A DNA stretch of 32,000 bases from Synechocystis sp. PCC 6803 substr. PCC-P (GCF_000284455.1 NC_017039.1:3240001-3272000), one strand, 5' to 3'. Positions 1 through 10,735 are shown, numbered from the stretch's first letter. Numbers and translations are program-made. The notes: generated by a model from the sequence alone, not told the origin.

Positions 1-542
1 ACGAGAATAGTGGCTAAACCGATCCAAGCCCCGACGCTATGCACCACCGTTGACCCGGCAAAATCCCGAAAGCCCAAATTTTCTAACCAGCCCCCTGTAG
101 TTTCTATGCCTGCCACTGTTGCTAAGCCATTCCAAGCCCAATCTCCAAAGAGGGGATAAATGAGCCCAGAAGCTAGCCCCGCCACCAATAAGTAGGCAGA
201 AAACTTTAACCGTTCCGCCGCCGCTCCGGAAATAATTGTAGTAGCGGTGCCGCAGAACATAGCCTGAAACAGGAAAAACACCGCTAGGGTGGGTTCTCCC
301 CCTACGTCAACAAAGCTATAACCTGTGCCCCACCAGCCTCCCTGGGACAGTCCAAACATAATGCTGAAGCCAAAGGACCAAAAAAGAGCCACAGAAATGC
401 CAAAGTCAGCAAAATTTTTAATGGCAACGTTAATGCTGTTTTTAGAACGGGTTAGCCCCGACTCCAAACACATAAAACCGGCTTGCATAAAAAATACTAA
501 GCCAGCACAGAGCAACAGCCAGAGTGTATCGATGGAGGTCAT
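1..542 (-). CDS. amt: Ammonium transporter (Amt family), N-terminal part, truncated by window edge
   Basis: Own reverse-strand translation from ATG at 542: MTSIDTLWLLLCAGLVFFMQAGFMCLESGLTRSKNSINVAIKNFADFGISVALFWSFGFSIMFG...GEPTLAVFFLFQAMFCGTATTIISGAAAERLKFSAYL. This is a characteristic Amt N-terminus (QAGFMCLESG, AAAER). It is not in the supplied ORF track because it runs off the window. Confidence 0.9.
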   Translation of the reverse strand, partial: MTSIDTLWLLLCAGLVFFMQAGFMCLESGLTRSKNSINVAIKNFADFGISVALFWSFGFSIMFGLSQGGWWGTGYSFVDVGGEPTLAVFFLFQAMFCGTATTIISGAAAERLKFSAYLLVAGLASGLIYPLFGDWAWNGLATVAGIETTGGWLENLGFRDFAGSTVVHSVGAWIGLATIL

Positions 543-1609
543 GGGGTTAGGGCGGCCTCTTGCCAACGGGCTTTGAGTTGTTTGCGCTTGAACTGGTACT
601 GTTCAGCAAAGCGGGGAATTTCCGAGCGGTGACCAATGACAATGATGGTGTCGTTCTCGTTCAAGATTTGCGAAGGGTGGGGATGGAGAATAGTACTGCC
701 ATCCGCTCGGCGTAGGGCAATGACAATAAAGGCTCCCTTACTGCGAACTTCCATTTCCATAATGGTGCGACCCATGGCGGGGGAATCCGGTGCCACAATT
801 AGTTCATCCATTTGTACTTCCACGCTGGCCAACAGGTCATTTAAAAAACCCCGTTCATCGGGGCGATTGAGAAAATCCCGCCGGTTCGATTGGGTGATTA
901 AATCCGCCATCTGAACTGCCCCCACCGTCAGGGGTAAAATCACCTGATCCGCTCCTGCAAGCCTGAGTTTTCTCTCTGTTTCGGGAATTTCTCCCCGGGC
1001 CAAAATGGTCAAGCGGGAGTTGAGTTCCCTCGCAGTCAGGGTAATAAAGACATTGGTGGCATCCTCCGGCAAAACCGTGGCCAAGGTCTTTGCCCTCATT
1101 ACCCCCAACATTTGCAATTGTTCTTCCCTGGTGGCATCCCCGCAATGGGCCAGATAACCTAATTCTTCGGCGATCGCCACTTGGCTGGGTTGATTATCAA
1201 TGATGCTAAAGGGCAAGCCAGACTGTTTTAATTGCTTGGCCAAAACCTGACCCATGCGGCCAAAACCGCAAATAATTGTGTGGTCCGTTAAATTAGCAAT
1301 TTGCCGTTGCCGTTGCTGATTACCCAAAGCCCGATGGATTTCTCCCTCCGTCACCATTTGCACAAATGCTCCGACAATATAAACCGCTGAGGTGGTGCCC
1401 GCTAGAATTACCCCCATAGTAAAAACTCTTTCCGCCGTGGTGGTAAGAGGCCGCACTTCCCCATAGCCCACCCCAAAAACGGTAATGACTACCATGTACA
1501 CCGCTTCCGTCGTTGTCCAACCAAAGCAGATATAGCCCAAAGTGGCCAACACCAAGGTAACAACGAAAAACAGTACCCCCAGCTTGAGCCGTTGATTGGA
1601 ATCCTGCAT
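539..1609 (-). CDS. Two-TM potassium-channel-like protein with cytoplasmic TrkA-N (RCK) and TrkA-C domains
   Basis: Two hydrophobic segments flank a pore-like segment VITVFGVGYGEVRPL, followed by a Rossmann NAD-binding motif IICGFGRMGQVLAKQL and a C-terminal TrkA-C-like part. ORF 539..1645; the start is probably the internal ATG at 1609 (MQDSNQRLKLG). Confidence 0.85.
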   Translation of the reverse strand: MQDSNQRLKLGVLFFVVTLVLATLGYICFGWTTTEAVYMVVITVFGVGYGEVRPLTTTAERVFTMGVILAGTTSAVYIVGAFVQMVTEGEIHRALGNQQRQRQIANLTDHTIICGFGRMGQVLAKQLKQSGLPFSIIDNQPSQVAIAEELGYLAHCGDATREEQLQMLGVMRAKTLATVLPEDATNVFITLTARELNSRLTILARGEIPETERKLRLAGADQVILPLTVGAVQMADLITQSNRRDFLNRPDERGFLNDLLASVEVQMDELIVAPDSPAMGRTIMEMEVRSKGAFIVIALRRADGSTILHPHPSQILNENDTIIVIGHRSEIPRFAEQYQFKRKQLKARWQEAALTP

Positions 1610-1906
1610 AGTTAAACGGACTAAACGGCGATCGGCAAAGCCCAAGAATGGAAAAACACCGTCCGTATAGGCAGTTTATCAACCCTAATTTAGAAAATTG
1701 TGGCGAAGGACACTAAATTCCCAATTCGCCAACTCCAGACAAAATTATGAAAAAATGCAAATCTCGGCGGCAATTTAGCCCTACTTTCAATTACTAACTA
1801 TCTTCACATTAAACTCACGAACTCAGCCTGTATTCATTTGATATGGCAGTTTTGGGTTATGGCAATTCCAACCAGTCTTTGATTACTGAAAAACAATGGG
1901 GTGAAC

Positions 1907-3244
1907 CTAAGCAGATTCCGGTTTAGGTAAGGAAGAAGGATGGAGCAATAATTCTGCTGTGGAGCGTTTTTCCACCATTTCCCTAGTGATCAAGCAGTGG
2001 GTTAAATCTTCCCGGGAAGGCAACTCATACATCACATCCAGCATTAATTCCTCCACAATGCCCCGTAACGCCCTAGCTCCGGTTTTACGACGGTGGGCCT
2101 CCGTGGCGATCGCCCGCACCGCATCGGGTTGAAAATCCAACTCCACATGGTCCATACCCAATAGGGTTTGATACTGTTTAACAATGGCATTGCGGGGCTG
2201 GGTCAGAATAGCAATTAAAGCATCCTCATCCAAGGGGTTAAGGCAGGCCATCACGGGAATACGACCAATAAATTCGGGAATCAGACCAAATTTGACTAAG
2301 TCATCGGGCTCTGCCTGACGGAGCACATCGGCAGTTCTTTTTTCCTTACTTGGCCCCTCTCCCGGCCGCACAAAGCCCATGGATTTTTTGCCAAACCTTT
2401 GTTCGATTACCTTTTCTAAGCCGACAAAAGCACCACCACAGATGAAGAGAATATTACTGGTATCAATTTGAATACAGTCTTGGTAAGGATGTTTTCTGCC
2501 TCCCTGGGGCGGCACATTGGCCACCGTTCCTTCCAACATTTTTAACAAAGCCTGCTGTACTCCTTCCCCGGACACATCTCTAGTAATGGAAGGATTCTCA
2601 CTTTTGCGGGCAATTTTATCAATTTCATCAATGTAAATAATGCCTCGCTGGGCTTCTTCCACATCCAAATCCGCTACCTGGAGCAGTCTCAACAAAATAT
2701 TTTCCACATCTTCCCCCACGTAGCCCGCTTCCGTCAGGGTAGTGGCATCGGCCACAGCGAAGGGCACTTCTAAAATTTTCGCCAGGGTTTGGGCAAGTAG
2801 GGTTTTCCCAGACCCCGTGGGGCCCACTAGAAGAATATTCGATTTTTGTAATTCCACTGCATCGCCGGGATCAATCTCTTGATTGCGCTCCAGCAGGTTT
2901 AATCTTTTGTAGTGGTTATAAACAGCGACGGAAAGCACCTTTTTAGCCTCATCTTGGCCAATTACATATTCATCCAGGTACTGTTTGATTGCCGTTGGTT
3001 TGGGTAATTCTTCTAGGGTAAGACGGCGACGGGGCTGACCAGATTTTTTTTGTTTTTGACCTGTCCCATCCCTTTCCCCGGTTGAGGCAGGGGGTACATC
3101 CAACAACTCCTCATCCAAAATGTCGTTACAGAGTTCTACACATTCATCACAAATGTACACGCCAGGGCCAGCAATTAATTTACGGACTTGCTCCTGGGAT
3201 TTGCCACAAAAAGAACATTTCAGATGGGAGTCGTATTTGGGCAT
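1907..3244 (-). CDS. clpX: ATP-dependent Clp protease ATP-binding subunit ClpX
   Basis: N-terminal zinc finger [10 protein letters not shown]...CDECVELC, Walker A GPTGSGKT, pore loop [25 protein letters not shown], sensor and C-terminal domain GARALRGI. Confidence 0.98.
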   Translation of the reverse strand: MPKYDSHLKCSFCGKSQEQVRKLIAGPGVYICDECVELCNDILDEELLDVPPASTGERDGTGQKQKKSGQPRRRLTLEELPKPTAIKQYLDEYVIGQDEAKKVLSVAVYNHYKRLNLLERNQEIDPGDAVELQKSNILLVGPTGSGKTLLAQTLAKILEVPFAVADATTLTEAGYVGEDVENILLRLLQVADLDVEEAQRGIIYIDEIDKIARKSENPSITRDVSGEGVQQALLKMLEGTVANVPPQGGRKHPYQDCIQIDTSNILFICGGAFVGLEKVIEQRFGKKSMGFVRPGEGPSKEKRTADVLRQAEPDDLVKFGLIPEFIGRIPVMACLNPLDEDALIAILTQPRNAIVKQYQTLLGMDHVELDFQPDAVRAIATEAHRRKTGARALRGIVEELMLDVMYELPSREDLTHCLITREMVEKRSTAELLLHPSSLPKPESA

Positions 3245-3248
3245 AAAA

Positions 3249-3929
3249 CTAACCGAGGGAGGTGACGGGGGTAGTGGGGTCGGGAAGATTAGGGCGGGAA
3301 ATTACCTGGTCAATGAGGCCATACTCCTTTGCTTCCTCCGCAGACATAAAGAAATCTCTTTCCGTATCTTCCTGGAGTTTTTCCATGGGTTGGCCGGTGT
3401 GTTCCACCAACATGGTATTGAGGCGATCCTTGATGTACAGGATTTCCCTGGCCTGAATTTCAATTTCCACCGCTTGACCCTGGGCTCCCCCGAGGGGTTG
3501 GTGAATCATGATGCGAGAACTAGGCAAAGCCATACGTTTTCCCTTACAGCCACCGGAAAGCAAAAAAGCCCCCATGCTGGCAGCCAGACCAAAACAGATG
3601 GTGACCACATCGGGACGAATCTGTTGCATGGTGTCATAGATGGCCAGGCCGGCATAAACGGAGCCCCCCGGGGAGTTGATGTAGAGTTGGATGTCTTTTT
3701 CCGGGTCCTCTGCGTCCAAAAATAGTAGCTGGGCCACAATGGAATCTGCCACTTGGTCGTCCACAGGGGTGCCCAAAAAGATGATTCTTTCCCTTAGCAG
3801 ACGGGAGTAAATGTCGAAGGCTCGCTCGCCCATGCCAGACTGTTCCACCACCATGGGAACAACGCTTTGGATGTTATTGCCCCCTAGGGTACTGAGGGGA
3901 GAACGGTAGGGAGAACGGGAGTTGACCAT
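3249..3929 (-). CDS. clpP: ATP-dependent Clp protease proteolytic subunit ClpP
   Basis: Serine peptidase signatures [24 protein letters not shown] and [19 protein letters not shown]. The catalytic Ser, His and Asp are all present. Confidence 0.98.
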   Translation of the reverse strand: MVNSRSPYRSPLSTLGGNNIQSVVPMVVEQSGMGERAFDIYSRLLRERIIFLGTPVDDQVADSIVAQLLFLDAEDPEKDIQLYINSPGGSVYAGLAIYDTMQQIRPDVVTICFGLAASMGAFLLSGGCKGKRMALPSSRIMIHQPLGGAQGQAVEIEIQAREILYIKDRLNTMLVEHTGQPMEKLQEDTERDFFMSAEEAKEYGLIDQVISRPNLPDPTTPVTSLG

Positions 3930-4228
3930 GGGTTAGGTACGGGGAAAGGTAGGGAAAATTAAGAAAAAGGCGGACAGGGATCAAGCCGGCGTCCAAGGAG
4001 TGGGGAAAAAAAACTTTTCCTTTACTTTGCTTTAGGTTAACTCAACTTTGTTGCCGACATGGTCTCATCTTACCTAGATTTACTTGAGCCTTGGGGGACT
4101 AACGCCCTAGGACAGGGAGGGCAGGAGGTTAATCTGCCCTGTCAATTTACCTATTCCGGAGATTTCTCCTCTAGTTTGCGGAGGCCCGGTATGCCTCTGA
4201 CACCCCAAGGGTAATTTGGGCCAACGGG

Positions 4229-5644
4229 TTACTCTTCGTCGGAGGTTGCTTCCACATCCACGATGGCTTCTTCCTCTGCATCGTCGTCGGGAGTATCTTC
4301 CTCAGTCTGGCTGAGGCTACCCTCCGGCAACAGTTCAACGTCAGCCCATTCTTTGAGCAGATCCAGCACTTTACTTTCTGTGAGGGAACTTTCCACAAAG
4401 TTCACCAGCCGGGATTCGTCGATTTTTTCTCCCTTGAATTCCTGACGAAGCTCGTCACAGCGTTCCTTAACTTCTGCTTCGGTGGGCTGAATTTTTTCTT
4501 CTTTGGCAATGGCTCCTATCATCAGGTCGGTTTTAAGGTTGGCGATCGCCTCTGGGCGGGAATTGTCCTTGAGGGTTTGGAGCATATCATCCCCCTGACG
4601 GAACAGTTGGGAAACATCTAGTCCCATGCGTTCTAGTTCCATGGCGGTTTGGGCCACTAGGCGATCGCACTCCTGTTTGATCATGGTTTCCGGTAAATCC
4701 CCGGTGAACAGTTCCCCCAATTTTTTCTTAATGGCAGCCTTGATGTTGTCATCGGTGCGCTGTTTGGCCTGTTCCTGGAATTGTTTCTCCAGATCCGCCT
4801 TGAGCTCTGCCATGGTCTCAAACTCGCTCACATCTTCGGCGAAGTCATCGTCCAATTCAGGCAGTTCCCGGAATTTAATTTCTTTGAGCTTAATTTCAAA
4901 CAACACATCTTCCCCCGCCACAGCTTCCAAGGGATAGTCCTCCGGAAAAGTAACCGGAATCAGTTTGGTTTCATCAACCGCCATTCCGACAATACCGTCC
5001 ACAATACCAGCCACAAAACGACCGTCTTCTAGGGTCACCTCAAAATCAGACCCCTTCACTTCGGCGATCGCCTCTCCAGCTTGACCATCTTCTGCCACCT
5101 GAAAAGCGGCGTAGTCCACAATGGCCAGATCTCCCAGGGCCGCAGGACGGTCCTCCACCGGGACAAGGGTAGCCCGTTTTTCCTGTTCTCCCTTGAGCCA
5201 CTGGTCAACGGCATCGGCACTGTATTCGATTTCTTCCGCCTGGGCAGTGATTTTTTTATAGCTCTCCGGTTCATATTCCGCTTCGGGGAACACATCCGCT
5301 GCCACCTTAATGGTGAGGGGCGCTTCAGGGTCAAAGATTTGAATTAGGTTTTCCATGTCCGAGCGCAGGGAAAAATTGCCAATGATGGGTAGTTCTTCTT
5401 GCTTAACCGCGGCTTTAATGCTGTCGTCGATCAACTCTTCAATGGCCGTGGCCTTGATATAGCTTTGTCCCAAACGCTGGATAACAATGGCCCGGGGCAC
5501 CTTCCCCCGACGGAACCCAGGAATATTAACGGTGCGGGTTAACTTTTTGACGACGTTCTCATAAACTTTTTTCGACGCTGTGGCGGGAATCTCAATTTCT
5601 AGCCCAACTTGACTATCTGGCAATTTTTCCTGGGTAACTTTCAT
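4229..5644 (-). CDS. tig: Trigger factor (ribosome-associated chaperone / PPIase)
   Basis: Ribosome-binding motif GFRRGKVPR, PPIase-like middle domain, acidic C-terminal tail EEDTPDDDAEEEAIVDVEATSDEE, and position upstream of clpP-clpX. Likely ATG at 5644 (MKVTQEKLPDSQ). Confidence 0.97.
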   Translation of the reverse strand: MKVTQEKLPDSQVGLEIEIPATASKKVYENVVKKLTRTVNIPGFRRGKVPRAIVIQRLGQSYIKATAIEELIDDSIKAAVKQEELPIIGNFSLRSDMENLIQIFDPEAPLTIKVAADVFPEAEYEPESYKKITAQAEEIEYSADAVDQWLKGEQEKRATLVPVEDRPAALGDLAIVDYAAFQVAEDGQAGEAIAEVKGSDFEVTLEDGRFVAGIVDGIVGMAVDETKLIPVTFPEDYPLEAVAGEDVLFEIKLKEIKFRELPELDDDFAEDVSEFETMAELKADLEKQFQEQAKQRTDDNIKAAIKKKLGELFTGDLPETMIKQECDRLVAQTAMELERMGLDVSQLFRQGDDMLQTLKDNSRPEAIANLKTDLMIGAIAKEEKIQPTEAEVKERCDELRQEFKGEKIDESRLVNFVESSLTESKVLDLLKEWADVELLPEGSLSQTEEDTPDDDAEEEAIVDVEATSDEE

Positions 5645-6137
5645 TGATGGGAAATCTCGATGGTGAAACAATGGGGGCAGTGGGCACTAAGTTCACCCCT
5701 GGAGGGCTGGGAAGGACTGCAGAAATCGGTCTGTGGGCCCTTCTACCCGTGTTATGCTAGGTTCACTTAGACCGAGGGAAATGTTTCCCTTCTAGCCCCG
5801 CAACGCAATGGCTCGGGGAAGACCTGTGGCGGTCAACCCAATTGATCATAATATAAGCCGGGTGCCATTTTTTCCTAGGGCGAGAATCTTTTCCCGCCGG
5901 GGGGTCCCCCAGGCCGGTTTGAGAGAATGGGACTAAATCAATGATTTTTCTAGCTGGACAATTCAATAATGGCTTTGCGGTTTAGGGGGCAATGCCCTGC
6001 GTCACAATTAGTTTTTTCTTTTTTGGCTGATTTTTTACCCCAACAACTTTGACCAACTGGGCTTAACTAAGCTTGATACTGCTTTCTGACTGCGTTGCCC
6101 ATCTTTCGATCCCGATTAGCTACTGGAGGAGTAAGCT

Positions 6138-7154
6138 TTGCCATCACCGATACGCGTTGCCATCCTGGGGGCCACTGGGGCCGTTGGCACAGAATTACTG
6201 GAGTTACTGGCCAGCCGGAATTTTCCCCTGGCAGAATTAAAACTTTTGGCCTCGCCCCGTTCTGCGGGTAAAACCCTGGAGTTCCAAGGAGAAAAGTTAC
6301 CGATCCAGGCAGTGGATGGTTCAGCGTTTAAAGGCTGTGACTTGGTGTTGGCTTCCGCCGGTGGTTCCACTTCCAAGCGTTGGGCAGAGGAAATTACCAA
6401 AGCCGGAGCGGTGATGGTGGACAATTCCAGCGCTTTTCGCATGGTGCCGGAAGTGCCCCTAGTGGTACCGGAAATTAATCCCGAAGCGGCCCAAAACCAC
6501 CAAGGCATCATTGCCAACCCCAACTGCACGACGATTTTAATGGGGGTAGCCATCTATCCCCTGCATCAGCTCCAACCTATTAAACGCATTGTGGTGGCCA
6601 CCTACCAGTCTGCCAGTGGGGCCGGGGCCATGGCCATGGAAGAAGTGAAGCACCAAAGCCGGGACATCCTGGAGGGAAAAATTCCCCAAGCTGAGATTTT
6701 GCCCTATCCTTTGGCTTTTAACCTCTTTCCCCACAACTCCCCCATCACAGCTAACCACTACTGTGAGGAGGAAATGAAAATGGTGCAGGAAACCCGGAAA
6801 ATCTTTGCCGCAGAAGATATACGCATCACGGCCACCTGTGTGCGGGTACCTGTGCTCCGGGCCCACTCAGAAGCGGTCAACTTGGAATTTGCCACCCCAT
6901 TCCCGGTGGAATTGGCCAAAACGGCGATCGCCAAAGCTCCGGGGGTAAAACTGGTGGAGGATTGGCAAAAAAATTATTTCCCCATGCCCATGGATGCCAC
7001 AGGCCAGGACGACGTGTTGGTAGGACGTATTCGCCAAGATATTTCCCACCCCAATGGTTTGGACCTGTGGTTGTGCGGTGATCAAATTCGTAAAGGGGCA
7101 GCCCTCAATGCGGTGCAAATCGCCGAATTATTGGTGGAGCGGGGGTGGCTGTAG
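6138..7154 (+). CDS. asd: Aspartate-semialdehyde dehydrogenase
   Basis: VAILGATGAVGTELLELL, VDNSSAFRM, active-site NPNCTTI, VATYQSASGAGAMAMEE. TTG start preceded by ggagg. Confidence 0.97.
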   Translation: MPSPIRVAILGATGAVGTELLELLASRNFPLAELKLLASPRSAGKTLEFQGEKLPIQAVDGSAFKGCDLVLASAGGSTSKRWAEEITKAGAVMVDNSSAFRMVPEVPLVVPEINPEAAQNHQGIIANPNCTTILMGVAIYPLHQLQPIKRIVVATYQSASGAGAMAMEEVKHQSRDILEGKIPQAEILPYPLAFNLFPHNSPITANHYCEEEMKMVQETRKIFAAEDIRITATCVRVPVLRAHSEAVNLEFATPFPVELAKTAIAKAPGVKLVEDWQKNYFPMPMDATGQDDVLVGRIRQDISHPNGLDLWLCGDQIRKGAALNAVQIAELLVERGWL

Positions 7155-7213
7155 AATTTTTCCCAACCCATCCATGGTTACTTGCCCGCTGCCCTTTTTC
7201 GTTGAGATAGTCT

Positions 7214-8119
7214 ATGGCTGATTTTGTAAGCACTTCCCCCTTTGGCCCTGTGTTAACTGCGATGGTTACCCCCTTCAATGCCGATGGTGGGGTGGATTAT
7301 GGGGTAGCGGAAAAATTGGCTGACCATCTCATCACCCATGGCAGTGACGGCCTGGTGGTCTGTGGCACCACGGGGGAATCTCCCACCCTTTCCTGGGAGG
7401 AGGAGCATGAGCTATTTCGGGTGGTTAAACAAACCGTCGGCGATCGGGGTTCCGTCATTGCCGGCACTGGGTCTAACTGTACCCGGGAGGCCATGGAAGC
7501 AACCCAGATTGCGGCCAAGTTGGGAGTGGATGGTTCCCTCCAGGTAGTGCCCTACTATAACAAGCCTCCCCAGGAAGGTTTATTGGCCCATTTCCAGGCG
7601 ATCGCCAATTGTGCGCCGGAGTTGCCCCTGATGTTGTACAACATTCCCGGCAGAACGGGCCAGAGCCTAGCCCCGGAAACGGTTTACCGTTTAGCGGAAG
7701 TGGAAAACATTGTGGCCATCAAAGAAGCCACCGGCAGTTTGGAGCAGGCTTCCCTAATTCGGGCCCATACCCCCGATGATTTTGCCATCTATGCCGGGGA
7801 TGATGTGCTGACTCTTCCTTTATTGGCCGTGGGAGGGGCCGGGGTGGTCAGTGTGGCCAGTCATCTGGTCGGCGATCGCCTGCAGGCCATGGTGCAGCAT
7901 TTTGCCCAGGGAGCAACGGCCCAAGCCCTCGAAATCCATTTACAGCTAATACCCCTATTTAAAATTCTTTTCTGCGCCACCAATCCCATCCCAGTCAAAA
8001 CAGCCCTGGGACTCCAGGGTTGGCCCGTAGGATCGTTCAGACCTCCCCTTTGTGCTCTGTCCCCTGGCCACACCGAACAGTTACGAGACGTACTAAGGGA
8101 TTTAGCCTTACTTCCCTAG
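7214..8119 (+). CDS. dapA: 4-hydroxy-tetrahydrodipicolinate synthase
   Basis: [54 protein letters not shown]. Confidence 0.98.
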   Translation: MADFVSTSPFGPVLTAMVTPFNADGGVDYGVAEKLADHLITHGSDGLVVCGTTGESPTLSWEEEHELFRVVKQTVGDRGSVIAGTGSNCTREAMEATQIAAKLGVDGSLQVVPYYNKPPQEGLLAHFQAIANCAPELPLMLYNIPGRTGQSLAPETVYRLAEVENIVAIKEATGSLEQASLIRAHTPDDFAIYAGDDVLTLPLLAVGGAGVVSVASHLVGDRLQAMVQHFAQGATAQALEIHLQLIPLFKILFCATNPIPVKTALGLQGWPVGSFRPPLCALSPGHTEQLRDVLRDLALLP

Positions 8120-8812
8120 GGTAAAGAACTTGGGGATAAATATTCGATTAACCCAAGGAAGATAGACCGAATCAATTGGGAAACTTGACCTTGGCGATAC
8201 CAGTCAAAGAATGGCAGTCACAAGCTGAAATGATCTTTGATCAAATTTAATCAATTACCATCAACTCCATGGCTAAATCCCTGCCCAGTGTCGATGATTT
8301 CTCAATTTTTTTCTCAGAATAGGTACCTATCCGGAATGTATATGCTAGAATGGCATGAACTTAAGAGCGAAGTAAGTTTTTCGATTCCGTCCAAACCTGA
8401 ATAGATAATCCATCCCATATGCGAGCTAGTTCATTACACCGATTAGCTAAAGGCTTCAGCGTCTTCTTTCCATTTTCGATACTTTCCGAGCCCAGAATGA
8501 GCTAAATTTTTTCTGAATCAGTCTTCGTTTTTACCTTCTGGCATTAGGGCTTGCCCTCTCCCCACCGGCTCCAAAGATTGCAAATACATTCACTCCTTGG
8601 GATGTTCTCAAAACTCGGTTCTATCCGTTTCTATAAATTCCCCAAAAACAAGTGGAATGCTAATCCAAAGATTGAATTGAATCGGTCGTTTGCTGATTGC
8701 TTAGCCCCGTTTTTGCTCTGCCCGGACCTCAGTTTGTTCTTCAATTTCTTCAAGTTGCACTGCGACTGTTGATTCTTAACTAGCTAAATTACAACGTTTT
8801 TTTATTTACACT

Positions 8813-10735
8813 ATGGCTAAAAATACTCAAACCCAAGCCCTCAAAATTCTTCCCCTCGGTGGCCTGCACGAAATTGGTAAAAATACCTGCGTCTTTGAAT
8901 ATGACGATGAAATTTTACTGCTTGATGCGGGGCTAGCTTTCCCCACCGACGACATGCACGGCGTTAATGTTGTACTGCCGGACATGACCTACCTGAGGGA
9001 AAACCGGGAGAAAATCAAGGGCATGGTGGTTACCCACGGCCACGAAGACCACATTGGTGGCATTGCCTATCACCTCAAGCAGTTTGACATTCCCATTATC
9101 TACGGCCCTCGGTTAGCCATGGCCCTGTTACGGGACAAGCTGGAGGAAGCCGGTATGTTGGAGCGCACCAATTTGCAGACCGTCTCTCCCCGGGAAATGG
9201 TGCGTTTGGGCAAATCCTTTGTGGTGGAATTTATTCGTAACACCCACTCCATCGCCGACAGCTATTGTCTAGCTATTCACACACCTCTGGGGGTAGTGAT
9301 GCACAGTGGAGATTTTAAAATCGACCACACTCCCATTGACGGGGAATTTTTCGACCTGCAAAAGGTGGCGGAGTATGGCGAAAAAGGGGTGCTCTGTTTA
9401 CTGAGTGACTCCACCAATGCGGAAGTGCCTGGCATTACCCCCTCTGAAGCGTCTGTTATCCCCAACCTGGACCGGGTTTTTTCCCAGGCGGAAGGCCGTT
9501 TGATGGTGACCACCTTTGCTTCTTCGGTGCACCGGGTCAATATCATCCTCAGCTTGGCCCAAAAACATCAGCGGAAAGTAGCGGTGGTGGGGCGATCAAT
9601 GCTCAATGTTATTGCCCATGCCCGTAAATTGGGCTACATCAAATGCCCCGATAACTTATTCGTGCCCCTCAAAGCAGCCCGCAATTTGCCCGACCAACAA
9701 CAACTAATTTTGACCACTGGCTCCCAGGGAGAACCTCTGGCGGCCATGACCCGCATTTCCAACGGTGAGCATCCCCAGATTAAAATTCGCCAGGGGGATA
9801 CAGTGGTCTTTTCCGCTAATCCCATCCCCGGTAATACCATTGCGGTGGTCAACACCATTGATCGCCTGATGATGCAGGGAGCCAATGTAATTTACGGCAA
9901 GCATCAGGGCATCCACGTTTCTGGCCATGCTTCCCAGGAAGAACACAAAATGTTGTTGGCCCTTACTCGACCTAAATTCTTTGTCCCCGTCCATGGGGAA
10001 CACCGTATGTTGGTCAAGCATTCCCAGATGGCCCAGGCCCAGGGTATTCCCAGCGAAAATATTGTTATTGTCAATAACGGCGATGTAATTGAACTGACCG
10101 GCGATCGCATCCGGGTGGCAGGACAAGTTCCTTCCGGCATTGAATTGGTGGATCAAGCGGGTATTGTCCATGAGAGCACCATGGCTGAACGGCAACAAAT
10201 GGCCGAAGACGGTTTGGTGACGGTGGCGGCAGCCCTAAGTAAAACTGGCACACTGTTAGCCTATCCTGAGGTACATTGCCGGGGTGTGGTGATGACCATT
10301 CAGCCTAAGTTGTTGGAAGAACTAATTGTCCGCACCATCGAGAATTTCCTCACAGAACGCTGGTCAGAGTTCACCCATGGTTCCAACGGCTCCACAGAGG
10401 TTAGCTGGAATGCGCTGCAAAAAGAATTGGAGTCTAGCTTGCAACGCCTGATCAAACGGGAATTACAGAGTAGCCCCATGGTTTTACTGATGTTGCAAAC
10501 CGACACCCCCATCGAATTGGATCAGGTTCCCCAGAATGTAAGCACTGTCAGTGCGACTTCTGCTACACCAGCCCCCCGCAAAAAAGTGGTCCTGACTAAA
10601 ACCCCAGAACCAAAAGTGAAAGCTAAACCAGAAAAGAAAGTGGTCACCACTGCCGAGCCTAGCGCCCAACCGGTCAGTACCACTAAGGTTTACCGTCGTA
10701 GCCGCAAACGCTCTACCACTTCTGTTTCTTCCTAA
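8813..10735 (+). CDS. rnj: Ribonuclease J
   Basis: Metallo-beta-lactamase motifs THGHEDHIGG and HTHSIADSY, beta-CASP region, TTGSQGEPLAAMTR, VHGEHRML. A Ser/Thr/Lys-rich C-terminal tail follows. Confidence 0.96.
   Translation: MAKNTQTQALKILPLGGLHEIGKNTCVFEYDDEILLLDAGLAFPTDDMHGVNVVLPDMTYLRENREKIKGMVVTHGHEDHIGGIAYHLKQFDIPIIYGPRLAMALLRDKLEEAGMLERTNLQTVSPREMVRLGKSFVVEFIRNTHSIADSYCLAIHTPLGVVMHSGDFKIDHTPIDGEFFDLQKVAEYGEKGVLCLLSDSTNAEVPGITPSEASVIPNLDRVFSQAEGRLMVTTFASSVHRVNIILSLAQKHQRKVAVVGRSMLNVIAHARKLGYIKCPDNLFVPLKAARNLPDQQQLILTTGSQGEPLAAMTRISNGEHPQIKIRQGDTVVFSANPIPGNTIAVVNTIDRLMMQGANVIYGKHQGIHVSGHASQEEHKMLLALTRPKFFVPVHGEHRMLVKHSQMAQAQGIPSENIVIVNNGDVIELTGDRIRVAGQVPSGIELVDQAGIVHESTMAERQQMAEDGLVTVAAALSKTGTLLAYPEVHCRGVVMTIQPKLLEELIVRTIENFLTERWSEFTHGSNGSTEVSWNALQKELESSLQRLIKRELQSSPMVLLMLQTDTPIELDQVPQNVSTVSATSATPAPRKKVVLTKTPEPKVKAKPEKKVVTTAEPSAQPVSTTKVYRRSRKRSTTSVSS

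Noticed and set aside
3120-3725. 201-aa plus-strand ORF antisense to clpX/clpP
   Set aside because: Shadow of two convincing conserved genes with no domain of its own.
4171-4398. 75-aa minus-strand ORF overlapping the trigger factor 3' end
   Set aside because: Alternate frame of the tig C-terminus with no independent support.
8551-8772. 73-aa plus-strand ORF in the dapA-rnj gap (MPSPHRLQRLQIHSLLGMF...)
   Set aside because: No recognisable motif, and it is short in an AT-richer intergenic region. Not supported as a gene.
9704-10198. 164-aa minus-strand ORF inside the RNase J gene
   Set aside because: Fully antisense to a well-supported coding sequence, with no domain signature. A typical shadow ORF.
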